Assembly: GCA_029252725.1 (NCBI GenBank)
Contig: JAQXAV010000052.1
Span: 23,081 to 87,080 of the forward strand
Reading direction: 5' to 3'
Origin: Amylibacter sp.
Lineage (GTDB): Bacteria > Pseudomonadota > Alphaproteobacteria > Rhodobacterales > Rhodobacteraceae
Length of the DNA stretch: 64,000 bases
Each line of letters opens with the position of its first letter. The first letter of the stretch is position 1. Made by a program: the position numbers and the translations under genes. Positions 1-9,569 of the stretch are shown here, piece by piece. The notes below the pieces were generated by a model that was not told where the DNA came from, searched no databases, and saw nothing but the letters and a program-made list of their open reading frames with translations.

Positions 1-839
1 GCCACTGAAATATCCACTATAGAAACTGTCGTCTCCTCAAGCATGGCCTTAGCACGCTTCACCCGTAATCGTTTGTAAAATCGTGCGGGCGTATCATTGA
101 AAACCTCGTTAAACTGCCGTTCCAAATGACGCACTGACACTCCCAACTGATCCGCCAGATCTACTATTGGGAGCGGCTCACTGATTGTATCCTCCATCAG
201 ATTGATTGCCTTGGCGATGCGCCTATCAAACAAGCTCTCGTTATGACCAATGTTGCGCGGCTGTTCAGCACTCGTTTTGCGGATCAGCGGCATCAATAGA
301 AGGCTTGCCAATTCCGCCACTTGCAGGCCAGTCAAATGATTAGAGATCAAACCCACCATTAGATCAAGCGTACCTGAACGCCCCGCTGCTGTAATCACAC
401 CGTTAGAACTCTCGGCAATGTTAAAAGTCAAATTAGGATGATATCCCTTCTCGCTGAGTGTAATTACATCTCGCCAATGAGATGTAACTTTACCACCACT
501 TGATCCCGTGACCTCAATAAATGCCGTAGCAGCTTCAGATAACAGTGCAACCACCCGACCTGCCCGCTTCATAGCCCGTACTCGCGCGATCCAATCCCCA
601 CCTTGGGGTTTTTTCCCACCAGTGACTATCATGGCATCTGAAAAATCATGGTTAGCAACGGCGGGCTGTGCACGCACAATCATTCTTTGTGATCCCATTA
701 GCAAACCTGGCGTATCGGACACAAAACGCCAGTCAAAAACATCTTTAGACAGCACGTCGTTTGCCTTCTCCAAAACGCTACTGACTGCAGCGACCTCTAA
801 AGCGTTAAATCCAGGACTTACAAATATCTCAAACCGCAT
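1..839 (-). CDS. GlxA-family (DJ-1/PfpI + AraC HTH) transcriptional regulator, 3' end runs off the window
   Basis: Not in the ORF track (no stop in window). Manual translation from ATG at 839 (GGAGGG upstream): MRFEIFVSPGFNALEVAAVSSVLEKAN...VTSHWRD...ITAAGRSG...AINLMEDTISEPLPIVDLADQLGVSVRHLERQFNEVFNDTPARFYKRLRVKRAKAMLEET, typical GlxA architecture. Confidence 0.85.
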   Translation of the reverse strand, partial: MRFEIFVSPGFNALEVAAVSSVLEKANDVLSKDVFDWRFVSDTPGLLMGSQRMIVRAQPAVANHDFSDAMIVTGGKKPQGGDWIARVRAMKRAGRVVALLSEAATAFIEVTGSSGGKVTSHWRDVITLSEKGYHPNLTFNIAESSNGVITAAGRSGTLDLMVGLISNHLTGLQVAELASLLLMPLIRKTSAEQPRNIGHNESLFDRRIAKAINLMEDTISEPLPIVDLADQLGVSVRHLERQFNEVFNDTPARFYKRLRVKRAKAMLEETTVSIVDISV

Positions 840-1252
840 AGCAGAACCCTCCGATATATAAGCAAATTGAGTTGAATCCCGATCAGATATTACCCATTAA
901 CCGCAGCTCATTAACGCATTAATAACTCGCAGATCACGCTCAAGCCAAGAGGTTCAGCCGCAAAAGGCATAAAAAAAGCCGATTTTGAGACATATAATGA
1001 AGAAGATTTCATCAATTTCCATTATCTTCAACTACATGAAATTTTTTCATCAAAAAACTGTGATTATTCTCAAACACATACTTAAGAACATAAAACTTGG
1101 TATAAACGTAATAAATGTGTGCATTTTCGACAATATAAGGCTTTTCCACTGATCTTTGACCACTTCCTAGAACCAAGAAATCCCCGTTAACTCATATATT
1201 CTTGATCTACGACGACGTAAGAATAAGGGCATCAGCGCCATTACCTGTACCT

Positions 1253-1927
1253 CTATTCGTCACCAGGTACGCCATAAGACGGCGCAGCACGCGGGTCGAG
1301 CGCACGTTTCACGTAATCTGCCATCTGCGGCTTGTATACGTCCCACGCGGCAGAAATTGCTTTTATCGGGCAGCCTTCAGTCCAATCACATCGCAAATCC
1401 GCGCTAGGCCATTGCACATCATCACAAATCTGCATTCCTGCTGAATGAAGTGGTCCAGCTTCACCGCCCTCTGCAAGACCAGCCTGCATCGCAGCAATTA
1501 GGCGATCTCCAATGTGACCAGTGGCAGCTTCAAATTCCTTAACAATCGCTTGTGGCACACGGTCATTCGCCAGCAAATTACCTGCAGACAACACATCTTT
1601 TCCATGCGCTTCTGCCCAAATACCAAGAGAGTTCGGACCAGAATGAATGGCGGTATTACCCACCTTATCTATCGCTAAAACTTGGCGATATTCGAGAAAA
1701 GGCGCTTGGTCTTTGACACCTGCGATTGCCTCCTGCGCGGACATGCCTCCTTGAATTAGATCAAGCGCAAAGGGGCCAAGCCGTGGATCAGTTATATTTT
1801 GACTTGCAACCGCACCCACACTCGAGCGCGTATATGCACAGCGCGCGGCAACAGCGGGAGATGACGATGAAATCGCTATTCCAAACATGCCTGTTTTCAC
1901 GCAACGCGCCACCAATGAAAAAGTCAT
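1253..1927 (-). CDS. DUF1028 family protein (Ntn-hydrolase-like)
   Basis: N-terminus MTFSLVARC..GMFGIAISSSSPAVAARC, plus ASQNITDPRLG, GNLLA and GGEAGPLHSAG motifs. ATG at 1927 overlaps the upstream stop (ATGA). Confidence 0.85.
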   Translation of the reverse strand: MTFSLVARCVKTGMFGIAISSSSPAVAARCAYTRSSVGAVASQNITDPRLGPFALDLIQGGMSAQEAIAGVKDQAPFLEYRQVLAIDKVGNTAIHSGPNSLGIWAEAHGKDVLSAGNLLANDRVPQAIVKEFEAATGHIGDRLIAAMQAGLAEGGEAGPLHSAGMQICDDVQWPSADLRCDWTEGCPIKAISAAWDVYKPQMADYVKRALDPRAAPSYGVPGDE

Positions 1928-2337
1928 GGGATCACAGCCGTACCATCGATTTCGACCAACCATTCGGGCCGTGCAAGCGCTTGTACCACCAGCCCCGTAG
2001 ATACAGGATGCACCTCTTTGATGTATTCGCCAATGGTACGATAGATCACCTCTCGGTGGCGCACATCAGTGATGTAGACAACAATTTTAACAAGGTGCTC
2101 CATCTCACCACCCGCTTCTTTGATCAACTGACGGATGTTCTGCATCACTTTATGAGTTTGTTCCGCAGGGTCATGGCTGTCGATGTTCACAGCATCGTCC
2201 AAATTTTGTGGACATTGACCGCGCAGATAGACTGTTTTGCCACCCTGCGTGACAACAGCCTGACACAAATCATTATCAAGTTTCTGTTCCGGATAGGTCG
2301 CCGCAGTATTGAATTTGCGAATGCGAGTATGTGCCAT
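1924..2337 (-). CDS. Rid (YjgF/YER057c/UK114) family protein
   Basis: 137 aa with LVKIVVYITD and PVSTGLVVQALARPEWLVEIDGTAV motifs. Confidence 0.85.
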   Translation of the reverse strand: MAHTRIRKFNTAATYPEQKLDNDLCQAVVTQGGKTVYLRGQCPQNLDDAVNIDSHDPAEQTHKVMQNIRQLIKEAGGEMEHLVKIVVYITDVRHREVIYRTIGEYIKEVHPVSTGLVVQALARPEWLVEIDGTAVIP

Positions 2338-2451
2338 GATCGTTCCTCAAATATGCAGAGCAAAGTGACGCTAACCTTACGCAGACCTGGTGCAAACGAC
2401 TAGCCCTTTTTCGATTTATAAACTGTGGTTGGTTTGCAATGACACGACCTG

Positions 2452-3156
2452 TCAGTGCCCAAAATACGCTGCAGCCAACCTTTCATCATTCGCCAGCTCT
2501 GACGGCGCACCCGAGGCAGCAATATGACCATTTTCCATAACGTAAACCTTTTCGGCAAGTGTCATCGCAAAATTTGCATTCTGCTCGGTCATGACAACCG
2601 TCAGACCGAATTCACCGCGCAAACGCCGCAGAACTTCGGCAATTTCTAAACAAACCTTCGGTGCGAGGCCAATAGTTGGCTCATCAACCAATAATAATCG
2701 TGGAGACGACATTAATGCACGGCCCAACGAAACCATCTGCCGCTCTCCACCTGATTGGGTCGAGGTTTCCTGATCTTCGCGCTCAGCCAATCGTGGGAAC
2801 AAAGTGTGAATCATACCCATATTATTTTCGATATCATCGCGGGCAGTATAGCTGCCAACCAAAAGGTTGTCGCGCACCGTCATGTATGGGAACAAATTAA
2901 ACCGCTCAGGAGCGTAGCCAATCCCACGTTTCACCACATCCGCTGTAGATTTTCCGACGAGCGACAAACCATCAAACCGCATATCCCCCGTCATTTTGGT
3001 TAATCCCATAATACTATCAAGTAAAGTCGATTTCCCCGCACCATTCGCACCGATCAATGCAATCGCACCGCCCTCTTCCACGTCAAATGATACGTTATGC
3101 AATGCTTGCGCTTTGCCGTAAAAAGCGGACAAGTTTTCAATCTCTAGAAATGCCAT
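2452..3156 (-). CDS. livF: Liv-type (HAAT) ABC transporter ATP-binding subunit
   Basis: Walker A GANGAGKST, signature SGGERQM, LLLVDEPTIGLAP. Confidence 0.85.
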   Translation of the reverse strand: MAFLEIENLSAFYGKAQALHNVSFDVEEGGAIALIGANGAGKSTLLDSIMGLTKMTGDMRFDGLSLVGKSTADVVKRGIGYAPERFNLFPYMTVRDNLLVGSYTARDDIENNMGMIHTLFPRLAEREDQETSTQSGGERQMVSLGRALMSSPRLLLVDEPTIGLAPKVCLEIAEVLRRLRGEFGLTVVMTEQNANFAMTLAEKVYVMENGHIAASGAPSELANDERLAAAYFGH

Positions 3157-3887
3157 TACGCTTCCCCCAGATAGGATGCACGTACCTCATCGCTGGTTAT
3201 GACGTCTGCGTACGAACCTTGCGAAATCATACTGCCATGGTTGATGGCAATGGCAGTATCCACCAGAGGTTCCAGCGCTTTCAGATCATGGCTAACGATC
3301 AGAAATGTCATCCCATCAGAACGCATCTTTTGCACCAAATCACTGATCATTGCGATTTCGGCTACAGTCAGGCCTGCGAAGACCTCATCAAGCAACAGCA
3401 CTTTCGGGTCTGTCGCCATAGTCCGCGCCATTTCTAGTTTGCGCAAATCGCCCATCGACAGCTCCGCTGGGGTGCGCTCAAGATCATCTTCGGAGAAGCC
3501 GACGGAAAGCGCTAGTTCTAGCTCGCGATCACGGTTTGGACTATTCAAGATCATACCGAGAACACTGTCAGGCATTAGCCCAACTCGAATATTCTCGGCC
3601 ACTGTCATGTCAGAAAATGGTCGAGGCACTTGATATGTACGACTTACTCCACGGCGAATACGTAAGGGCGTAGACAGATTTGTGATCTCCTCAGTCCCTA
3701 ACTTGATCGAGCCCGACGTTTGGCGATGCTCACCCATAACCTGACTAAAAACAGTTGTCTTTCCCGCTCCGTTTGGCCCAATCAGTCCAACGGATTGCCC
3801 TGCCTCAATCTCGAACGACAAATCATTCGTCGCAGTCAGGCCCCCAAATTTTTTCACCAGATTGGTGACGGTCAACGACATGCTCAT
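3156..3887 (-). CDS. livG: Liv-type ABC transporter ATP-binding subunit
   Basis: KKFGGLTATNDLSF, GPNGAGKTT, LLLDEVFAGL, VSHD. Confidence 0.85.
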   Translation of the reverse strand: MSMSLTVTNLVKKFGGLTATNDLSFEIEAGQSVGLIGPNGAGKTTVFSQVMGEHRQTSGSIKLGTEEITNLSTPLRIRRGVSRTYQVPRPFSDMTVAENIRVGLMPDSVLGMILNSPNRDRELELALSVGFSEDDLERTPAELSMGDLRKLEMARTMATDPKVLLLDEVFAGLTVAEIAMISDLVQKMRSDGMTFLIVSHDLKALEPLVDTAIAINHGSMISQGSYADVITSDEVRASYLGEA

Positions 3888-4825
3888 GACCGCGCCCTTA
3901 CTTTGATCCAGCTTTGATTGATAATCTCATAGATCCCTTTGGGTTGGTACATATACAATAGCAATGCCACCCCACCATAAATAAAATAACGCTCTGCACC
4001 TGGCAGGTAAGGCCGCAGATATTCCAGCAGAAAGGTCAGAAAAAAAGCGCCTATTATGGGCCCAATCGTCGTGGATGCCCCGCCAATCAAAGCGGCTACA
4101 ATAATCGTAAATACAAAGTTGATATCAAACAATGCACGCGGCGCTATGGACCCAAGGTAGTGTACATACATTGCGCCCCCGAGCCCCGCAATCATCGCAC
4201 TTAATAGAAAAGCAAACAGCTTGAGCCGTGTCACAGACAGCCCCGAGCCCTTCACCGCTTCTTCATTCATTCCAATGGCAGACAGCGCAGTGCCGATACG
4301 CGTGCGCATCACAAGCCAGACACTAAAAGCAACAATCACCATCAAAGTCAGCGACATGTAATACCCATTCACTGCCCCACGCGTCAGCGTTGGCAGACCC
4401 GACATCCCACGTGTGCCACCCGTAAGATCGGGCCTTACAACTTGGACGAGTTGATAGATTAATTCCATATATGCCAGCGTAATCAGCGCAAAATAACTGC
4501 CTTTGATGCGCAAAGCCGGTAAAACAACAATCAAACCACCAATCATGGTCACGCCCACCGCAATTGGAATGGAAAGTTCCAAAGGAAAATCGAAGCGCTT
4601 AGTTAATATGGCCGTGGTGTACGCACCAATCCCAATCAAAAATGGATGCCCAAAACTTACGTACCCTGTGCGCCCAGACAGTACATCCCAACTGATCGCA
4701 AACACCGCCAAAAAATTCGCAAAAATGATGATCCGCAGTGTACCTTTGGACACCAGTTCGGGGAGCAGAAACATGAACCCAACGAAGCCAGCCCAAGCCA
4801 CAAAATGATACCAACGCAATCCCAT
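3884..4825 (-). CDS. livM: Liv-type ABC transporter permease (LivM-like)
   Basis: SWDVLSGRTGYVSFGH, LRIKGSYFALITLA, GGTRGMSG motifs. Start moved to MGLRWYH (4825), just after the livH stop. Confidence 0.8.
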   Translation of the reverse strand: MGLRWYHFVAWAGFVGFMFLLPELVSKGTLRIIIFANFLAVFAISWDVLSGRTGYVSFGHPFLIGIGAYTTAILTKRFDFPLELSIPIAVGVTMIGGLIVVLPALRIKGSYFALITLAYMELIYQLVQVVRPDLTGGTRGMSGLPTLTRGAVNGYYMSLTLMVIVAFSVWLVMRTRIGTALSAIGMNEEAVKGSGLSVTRLKLFAFLLSAMIAGLGGAMYVHYLGSIAPRALFDINFVFTIIVAALIGGASTTIGPIIGAFFLTFLLEYLRPYLPGAERYFIYGGVALLLYMYQPKGIYEIINQSWIKVRARS

Positions 4826-4827
4826 GG

Positions 4828-5679
4828 CTAAAGTTCCTCTCGTCCAAAGAGGCCCTTGGGCCGTAAAATTAAAACCGCAATGATCAGCACCATGGTCATC
4901 ACTCCACGAAGCTCGGGCGCGATAAAGGCAGATGTCATTACCTCCATAAACCCAATAATATGTGCTACAATGAGCGTACCAATAATTGACCCGATACCAC
5001 CCACAATCACAACTGCAACAGCTATAATAAGTGGCGCAACCCACATGCCAGGATATAGCTGTGTGTAACTGGCAAAGAACACACCCGAGACCGCGCCAAG
5101 CATCCCTGAAATCCCCCACGTGATCATATTGATGCGATTTGCGTCAATCCCGGAAATAGCTGCACCTTTAGGGTCCATCGACACTGCTTGCATGGCTCGA
5201 CCCGTATGGGTTTTACGTACAAACAGATAGAGAGAAATGAGGATCACCCAACTTGCCACCGCCGCAAACAAATTCGAATATGGGATTGCTGCGCCACCAA
5301 TACGTTCAACTCCCGGAATGATCGGCAGCAAAATTTTGGAACTATCGCCAAATAATAAGACGATACCTGCTTGCAAAACAACGGCAAGGATCAGCGACGA
5401 AATTTCAACCGCCACATGGTCGCCCTTAAGCGGTTTCACAAGCAAACGATATTTTAACAAGCCCATTAGGCAACCAAGGATCGCGGCTAAAAGAACGCCT
5501 GCAATTTTGGGCATTCCAAGTGTTTGCGCAAAATAGAAATATGTGTACCCGCCGATCAGCAAATATGCGCCATAGGCAAGGTTAAGGATACGTCCAACAC
5601 TAAAAATCAGCGTGAACCCCATCGCAATCAATGCGTATAGCCCGCTCAGCAATAGTCCTTGGATCAGGATTTGCGCCAT
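4828..5679 (-). CDS. livH: Liv-type ABC transporter permease (LivH-like)
   Basis: GLLLSGLYALIAMGFTLIFSVGRILNLAYG, TGRAMQAVSMD, VIVGGIGSIIG. Start set at MAQILIQ. Confidence 0.85.
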   Translation of the reverse strand: MAQILIQGLLLSGLYALIAMGFTLIFSVGRILNLAYGAYLLIGGYTYFYFAQTLGMPKIAGVLLAAILGCLMGLLKYRLLVKPLKGDHVAVEISSLILAVVLQAGIVLLFGDSSKILLPIIPGVERIGGAAIPYSNLFAAVASWVILISLYLFVRKTHTGRAMQAVSMDPKGAAISGIDANRINMITWGISGMLGAVSGVFFASYTQLYPGMWVAPLIIAVAVVIVGGIGSIIGTLIVAHIIGFMEVMTSAFIAPELRGVMTMVLIIAVLILRPKGLFGREEL

Positions 5680-5708
5680 AAAATCATGCCTATAAGAGAA
5701 ATCATTGA

Positions 5709-5735
5709 GGACGGCGCGAAGTGTCCGCGCCATCC
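5709..5735 (-). terminator. GC-rich hairpin after the substrate-binding gene (terminator or mRNA stabiliser)
   Basis: Minus strand GGATGGCGCG-GACACTT-CGCGCCGTCC, 10-bp stem with one G.U pair, between SBP and permease genes. Confidence 0.55.
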
Positions 5736-5746
5736 ATCAGGAAGAA

Positions 5747-7036
5747 TTACTTCTTAACCCAGCTAGGGAGGGAAAATGTCGTTGTTGCAAATTCAGGCGG
5801 ATAGACCACCCCAACACTGCCATCTTCTTTCCATTGCACAACAACCATGGACGGCGCCGCATCTTCATAAGGTGCGGTTAAGTCAAACAGAGCATTATGC
5901 GGATAAGTGCGGCCCGTGACCGGTTCAACGGTATCTTTGTCCCAAAAACCGTAGCGTAGGACCAATTTACCATCTTTTTCCAGCGTAAGGTCCTGCTTCT
6001 CCATTGCTTCAGACCATTTTTTTACATCGCCAAAACCACCAGCTTCTTCAGCTGCTGCCATGGCTTGTTTCATGCCATAATAAGCATTGAAACCATTGAA
6101 GTGCGGCATCATTGGCCGCGACTTATATTTAGTTTGGTAGGCCTTAACAAAAGCTTCAGACGTTGGATCCAGCGCGTAACCAACAGACGGAACAGGAGAC
6201 AACGTAGAAATTCCCCCGCCTTGTCCACCGGTATCTTCCCAGTACTCCATCCCAAGCGCTGATACATTCACACCTGTCATTCCCATTGGCACTTGCAGCT
6301 TCACATACTGCGATGAAATCACCTGAGAGTTCACAGAAGACACCTGATAAATGAAGTCTGCACCAGACGCTTCTGCCTTAGAAAACAGCGGTGCAAAGTC
6401 ATTTGTGTTGATGTCATAAGTGATGATTTCTTTCACCTCAATCCCTGCCACAGGGCCAAGCGCCTCTGTTACCAGACCCGTAATTGCACCACCAAAAGCT
6501 GTGTCTTCAGCCAAAATAACAACGCTTTCCCAACCCATTTCTTTCTTGAGAACATCCGCACCAAAATTGATGTAGAGCGTTGCTAAAGCTTCATCTGACG
6601 CGATGTTCATGAAATACGGCGCCATGGTTTCTGGGTCTTCAACCACCATATCAATGATGCCGATGTAAGACGTCCATGTATCAAGTGTCGGAATTTGGAA
6701 TTCCTGCATTCGAGGTAACCAGCCCAAGGATACATCGTCGATGGAACCTGAAATGATAAAATCCACCTCTTCGGTTTCGGCGAGATATTCATAGGCTTTC
6801 ACGCCTTCAGTCACGTCTTCGCCAGTATCAGCACTGACCAAAACAATCTTTTCGCCCATTACACCACCGTTGGCGTTTAACTCTTCAATTGCAATCTCTG
6901 CGCCGCGAAGCGTGGATAAGCCTGTATCAGACGACAAAGATCCAATAAATCCCACTTTGATATCTGCGAAAGTAGCTGAACCAAGTAGCAGCGCACTCAG
7001 TGTTACCGTTGAAAACACAGTTTTCTTTAATTGCAT
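5747..7036 (-). CDS. Liv-type ABC transporter periplasmic substrate-binding protein, ligand unknown
   Basis: Signal peptide (MQLKKTVFSTVTLSALLLGSATFA), IKVGFIGSLS..GAEIAIEELNANGGVMG, first gene of the permease/ATPase operon. Confidence 0.85.
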   Translation of the reverse strand: MQLKKTVFSTVTLSALLLGSATFADIKVGFIGSLSSDTGLSTLRGAEIAIEELNANGGVMGEKIVLVSADTGEDVTEGVKAYEYLAETEEVDFIISGSIDDVSLGWLPRMQEFQIPTLDTWTSYIGIIDMVVEDPETMAPYFMNIASDEALATLYINFGADVLKKEMGWESVVILAEDTAFGGAITGLVTEALGPVAGIEVKEIITYDINTNDFAPLFSKAEASGADFIYQVSSVNSQVISSQYVKLQVPMGMTGVNVSALGMEYWEDTGGQGGGISTLSPVPSVGYALDPTSEAFVKAYQTKYKSRPMMPHFNGFNAYYGMKQAMAAAEEAGGFGDVKKWSEAMEKQDLTLEKDGKLVLRYGFWDKDTVEPVTGRTYPHNALFDLTAPYEDAAPSMVVVQWKEDGSVGVVYPPEFATTTFSLPSWVKK

Positions 7037-7082
7037 AAAAATCTCCCTTGTTCTGATGAGACGGAAAATCTCCCAACTCCGT

Positions 7083-7098
7083 CGTATACAGTATACAG
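7083..7098. promoter_or_regulatory. Putative GntR/FadR-type operator upstream of the ABC transporter operon
   Basis: CGTATACAGTATACAG, tandem GTATAC units also seen at 14097 and 19328. Confidence 0.6.
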
Positions 7099-7363
7099 TG
7101 CACATAGTCAGATTCATTGCAACACTGGATTTTAAGGACTTTCAGCGGCTGAAGTTTCTAACACTCAGTATTTCGACATCTTGTTTTAGCACGCATACAA
7201 CCAATGATTTCTGCGAAAGGCATATTAAAATAAAAATATTTTCCTTCGATGGCAGTTGCAAATTTACACAAGCCATAAGCAAAAAAGTTATTTTCCATCC
7301 GTTTGAATCATTAAAACTTCAACATTAGTAACAAATAGGATACCAAAGAGAACCAATAAAAAT

Positions 7364-7771
7364 TTAATAGTGAATATTGCCTTCTTCGTCGTGTATAATC
7401 GCATCCACATCGATTTCTACCATCATACCAGGCTGAGTTAGTCCTGCCTCAACACCCGTCATCACAGGATCAATGCCCTTAAATACCTCCCCATGGGCTT
7501 TCACCAAACCCCCTGCAGCCGACATATCTGTGATATATGCCCTAGTCCGCACGACGTGGCGCATCTCTGCCCCCACTTCGCGCAATGCTCCTTCAATGCG
7601 GTCAAGGATGTAAACGCTTTGCGCGTAACAGTCGTTAGGTGCATGCAGTTTACCACTCGGCTCAATCGCTGTAGTCCCAGCGATATAAACAAATGGCCCG
7701 ACGCGTTTCGCACGAGAATAGCTACCGATCTCTTCAAATCGTCCACCCGAATTCCACCTACGAAGTGTCAT
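7364..7771 (-). CDS. Rid (YjgF) family protein, last gene of the BMC operon
   Basis: GYS-like GSYSRAKRVGPFVYIAGTTA, VVRTRAYITD, MMVEIDVDA. ATGA overlap with the mdh-like gene. Confidence 0.85.
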   Translation of the reverse strand: MTLRRWNSGGRFEEIGSYSRAKRVGPFVYIAGTTAIEPSGKLHAPNDCYAQSVYILDRIEGALREVGAEMRHVVRTRAYITDMSAAGGLVKAHGEVFKGIDPVMTGVEAGLTQPGMMVEIDVDAIIHDEEGNIHY

Positions 7772-8946
7772 AGGCCAAGCCGCGTGCGAATAGCCTCGGC
7801 CGCGCTGTGCAAAGCGTTGGTTTCATCAGGTGTAAGTCGTATTTCCTCTACGCTTACCAACCCTGTAGCACCCAGATGCGCAGGCACACCTAGCACCACG
7901 CCAGACATACCATATTCACCTTGGAGCATCACTGAAACAGGCACGGGGCCCACCTTTGCGCCGCGAATGTGATCCATTAATTCAACCGAAGAATGCGCGG
8001 GAGCTATCGTGGCTGAACCTGACTTCTTAATCGCAACAACCTGTCCACCCCCCGTGATCGCGTCCTGTACGCAACCCGAAATTTGTTCATCGGATAAAAA
8101 CCGCTCCAACCGCCGTCCTTTAATGCGCGCCAATGACGTAATTGGAGCCATTTCATCCCCGTGACTGCCTAATGTGATCGCAGACACATCATCAGGCGTT
8201 ACACCGGCCGCCATTGCCAACGCATTGCGGAAACGCGAACTGTCAAGCGTCCCTGCCATCCCAAGAACCCGTTCGCGCGGGAACCCTGTAGCCCGAAGCA
8301 TTTCAACCGTCATCTCATCAAGCGGATTGGTAACAACAATCACTATTGCATCGGGCGCAGAAGTTTTAATAGCCTCTCCAGCTGAGTGAATAACCCGTGT
8401 GTTTACATCAATCAGATCAGCCCGCGTCATACCGGGACTTCGGGCACGACCTGCAGTCACGACAACTAGATCAGCCCCTGCAACCAACGTCAAATCTTCG
8501 CCGCCCACACACCGCGCCTTTACACCCGTAATACCACTAGCGTGGTTGAGGTCGAGCGCTAAAGCCTCTGCCATTCCGGGTGCTATATCAATCAGTGAGA
8601 TCTCTTCCGCCATATCCGCAATGGCTGCTAGATGCGCGATATTACCACCAACACCGCCAGCACCAACCAGCGCAATCTTAGAAAACCGCCGAGCGGTACG
8701 TTTGACAATAGCCCTCGGCGCAACCCATTTTGGCGAACGCCGAAAGAGCCCCCGCCGCATTGCTGTTCGACCATCCGTCCTTACCACTGCTGGTTTTTCG
8801 AGCGGCCCTTCGACCAGCTTGATTCCCAATCTCGCAGCTGTTTCACGCGCTAAGTCTGTAACAATATCGCTCGGCAAAACTTCAAAGACAATGCGGCTGT
8901 GTTTTCGCGCATCCTCAATATGTTCTGACCCTACGATGCGTGACAT
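7768..8946 (-). CDS. Malate dehydrogenase (LDH-like MDH) with about 88-aa N-terminal extension
   Basis: KIALVGAGGVG Rossmann motif, TAGRARSPGMTR (Arg at the MDH specificity position), VTNPLD, LDSSRFR, GSHGD catalytic motifs intact. Confidence 0.85.
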   Translation of the reverse strand: MSRIVGSEHIEDARKHSRIVFEVLPSDIVTDLARETAARLGIKLVEGPLEKPAVVRTDGRTAMRRGLFRRSPKWVAPRAIVKRTARRFSKIALVGAGGVGGNIAHLAAIADMAEEISLIDIAPGMAEALALDLNHASGITGVKARCVGGEDLTLVAGADLVVVTAGRARSPGMTRADLIDVNTRVIHSAGEAIKTSAPDAIVIVVTNPLDEMTVEMLRATGFPRERVLGMAGTLDSSRFRNALAMAAGVTPDDVSAITLGSHGDEMAPITSLARIKGRRLERFLSDEQISGCVQDAITGGGQVVAIKKSGSATIAPAHSSVELMDHIRGAKVGPVPVSVMLQGEYGMSGVVLGVPAHLGATGLVSVEEIRLTPDETNALHSAAEAIRTRLGL

Positions 8947-9569
8947 TATTCTGTCCGTCCATCCACTGATTCAATCGCTTTAGTCGCCGCCTGAACAGCA
9001 GTTTGAACAGAGTCTTCCGACCCAGAAATAAATAATCGGCCAAACCGACCAACCGCACGAACTTCGACCATATCGATTTCGGCAGACTTCTCAGCCTCAT
9101 TTGCCGCAATTGAAATATAAGCCGCGGGAGCACATTCGATAATCCCCAGGGTTTGTCCTGGAACCAAAAGCGAACCCTTGCGCCACTTGTTCAATAGCTG
9201 CGCCTGATACGGCTCTACGCTTGTGATAATTTGCGTGTTTGTGATTGCTGGCTTCAACCGATCCGCCATTGTTGCACCCAGTTCTGAGAGCATTGCATCC
9301 CGAGCTGCAGTCACCTCAGCGTTACTCGGCGAGCGCAGAATAAAAAAGCCAAACTCCCGCTCCACCATTTGTGTCGTCGCCTCGACCGAGGAAGCCTTCA
9401 AAGCACGGTCGATCAGCGAAAAAACTCCGTTGCCTGGCGCAAATTCACCAATTAGCACAGTATCACCCGACAAAGGCACGGAACCCTGAACAGTAGCACC
9501 GTTATATGCGGCGAATTTTGGCTGTAAATTGTCGATCTGCATTAGCGCGCGAATTGTAATGTCACTCAT
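8946..9569 (-). CDS. BMC shell protein, tandem permuted BMC-T (CcmP/CsoS1D-like, BMC-Tdp type)
   Basis: 207 aa; IDNLQPKFAAY..G, E.APG, ALKASSV, VEREFG in domain 1; G..LGIIECAPAAY...AANEAEKSAEI..VEVRAVGRFGRLFISG in domain 2. Confidence 0.85.
   Translation of the reverse strand: MSDITIRALMQIDNLQPKFAAYNGATVQGSVPLSGDTVLIGEFAPGNGVFSLIDRALKASSVEATTQMVEREFGFFILRSPSNAEVTAARDAMLSELGATMADRLKPAITNTQIITSVEPYQAQLLNKWRKGSLLVPGQTLGIIECAPAAYISIAANEAEKSAEIDMVEVRAVGRFGRLFISGSEDSVQTAVQAATKAIESVDGRTE

Noticed and set aside
1726-2403. Antisense and alternate-frame ORFs such as 1726-2403(+), 8399-8983(+), 12174-12794(+), 16849-17472(+), 32379-33053(-) and 51155-51682(-)
   Set aside because: They shadow well-supported genes on the opposite strand or frame and show no recognisable motifs.
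3884-5119. Long N-terminal extensions in the ORF track (livM 5119, livH 5733, SBP 7117, mgsA-like 19385, moaD 35335, GNAT 53934)
   Set aside because: They overlap upstream genes or promoters and lack family similarity. Downstream starts fit ribosome-binding sites, gene coupling or catalytic N-termini better.
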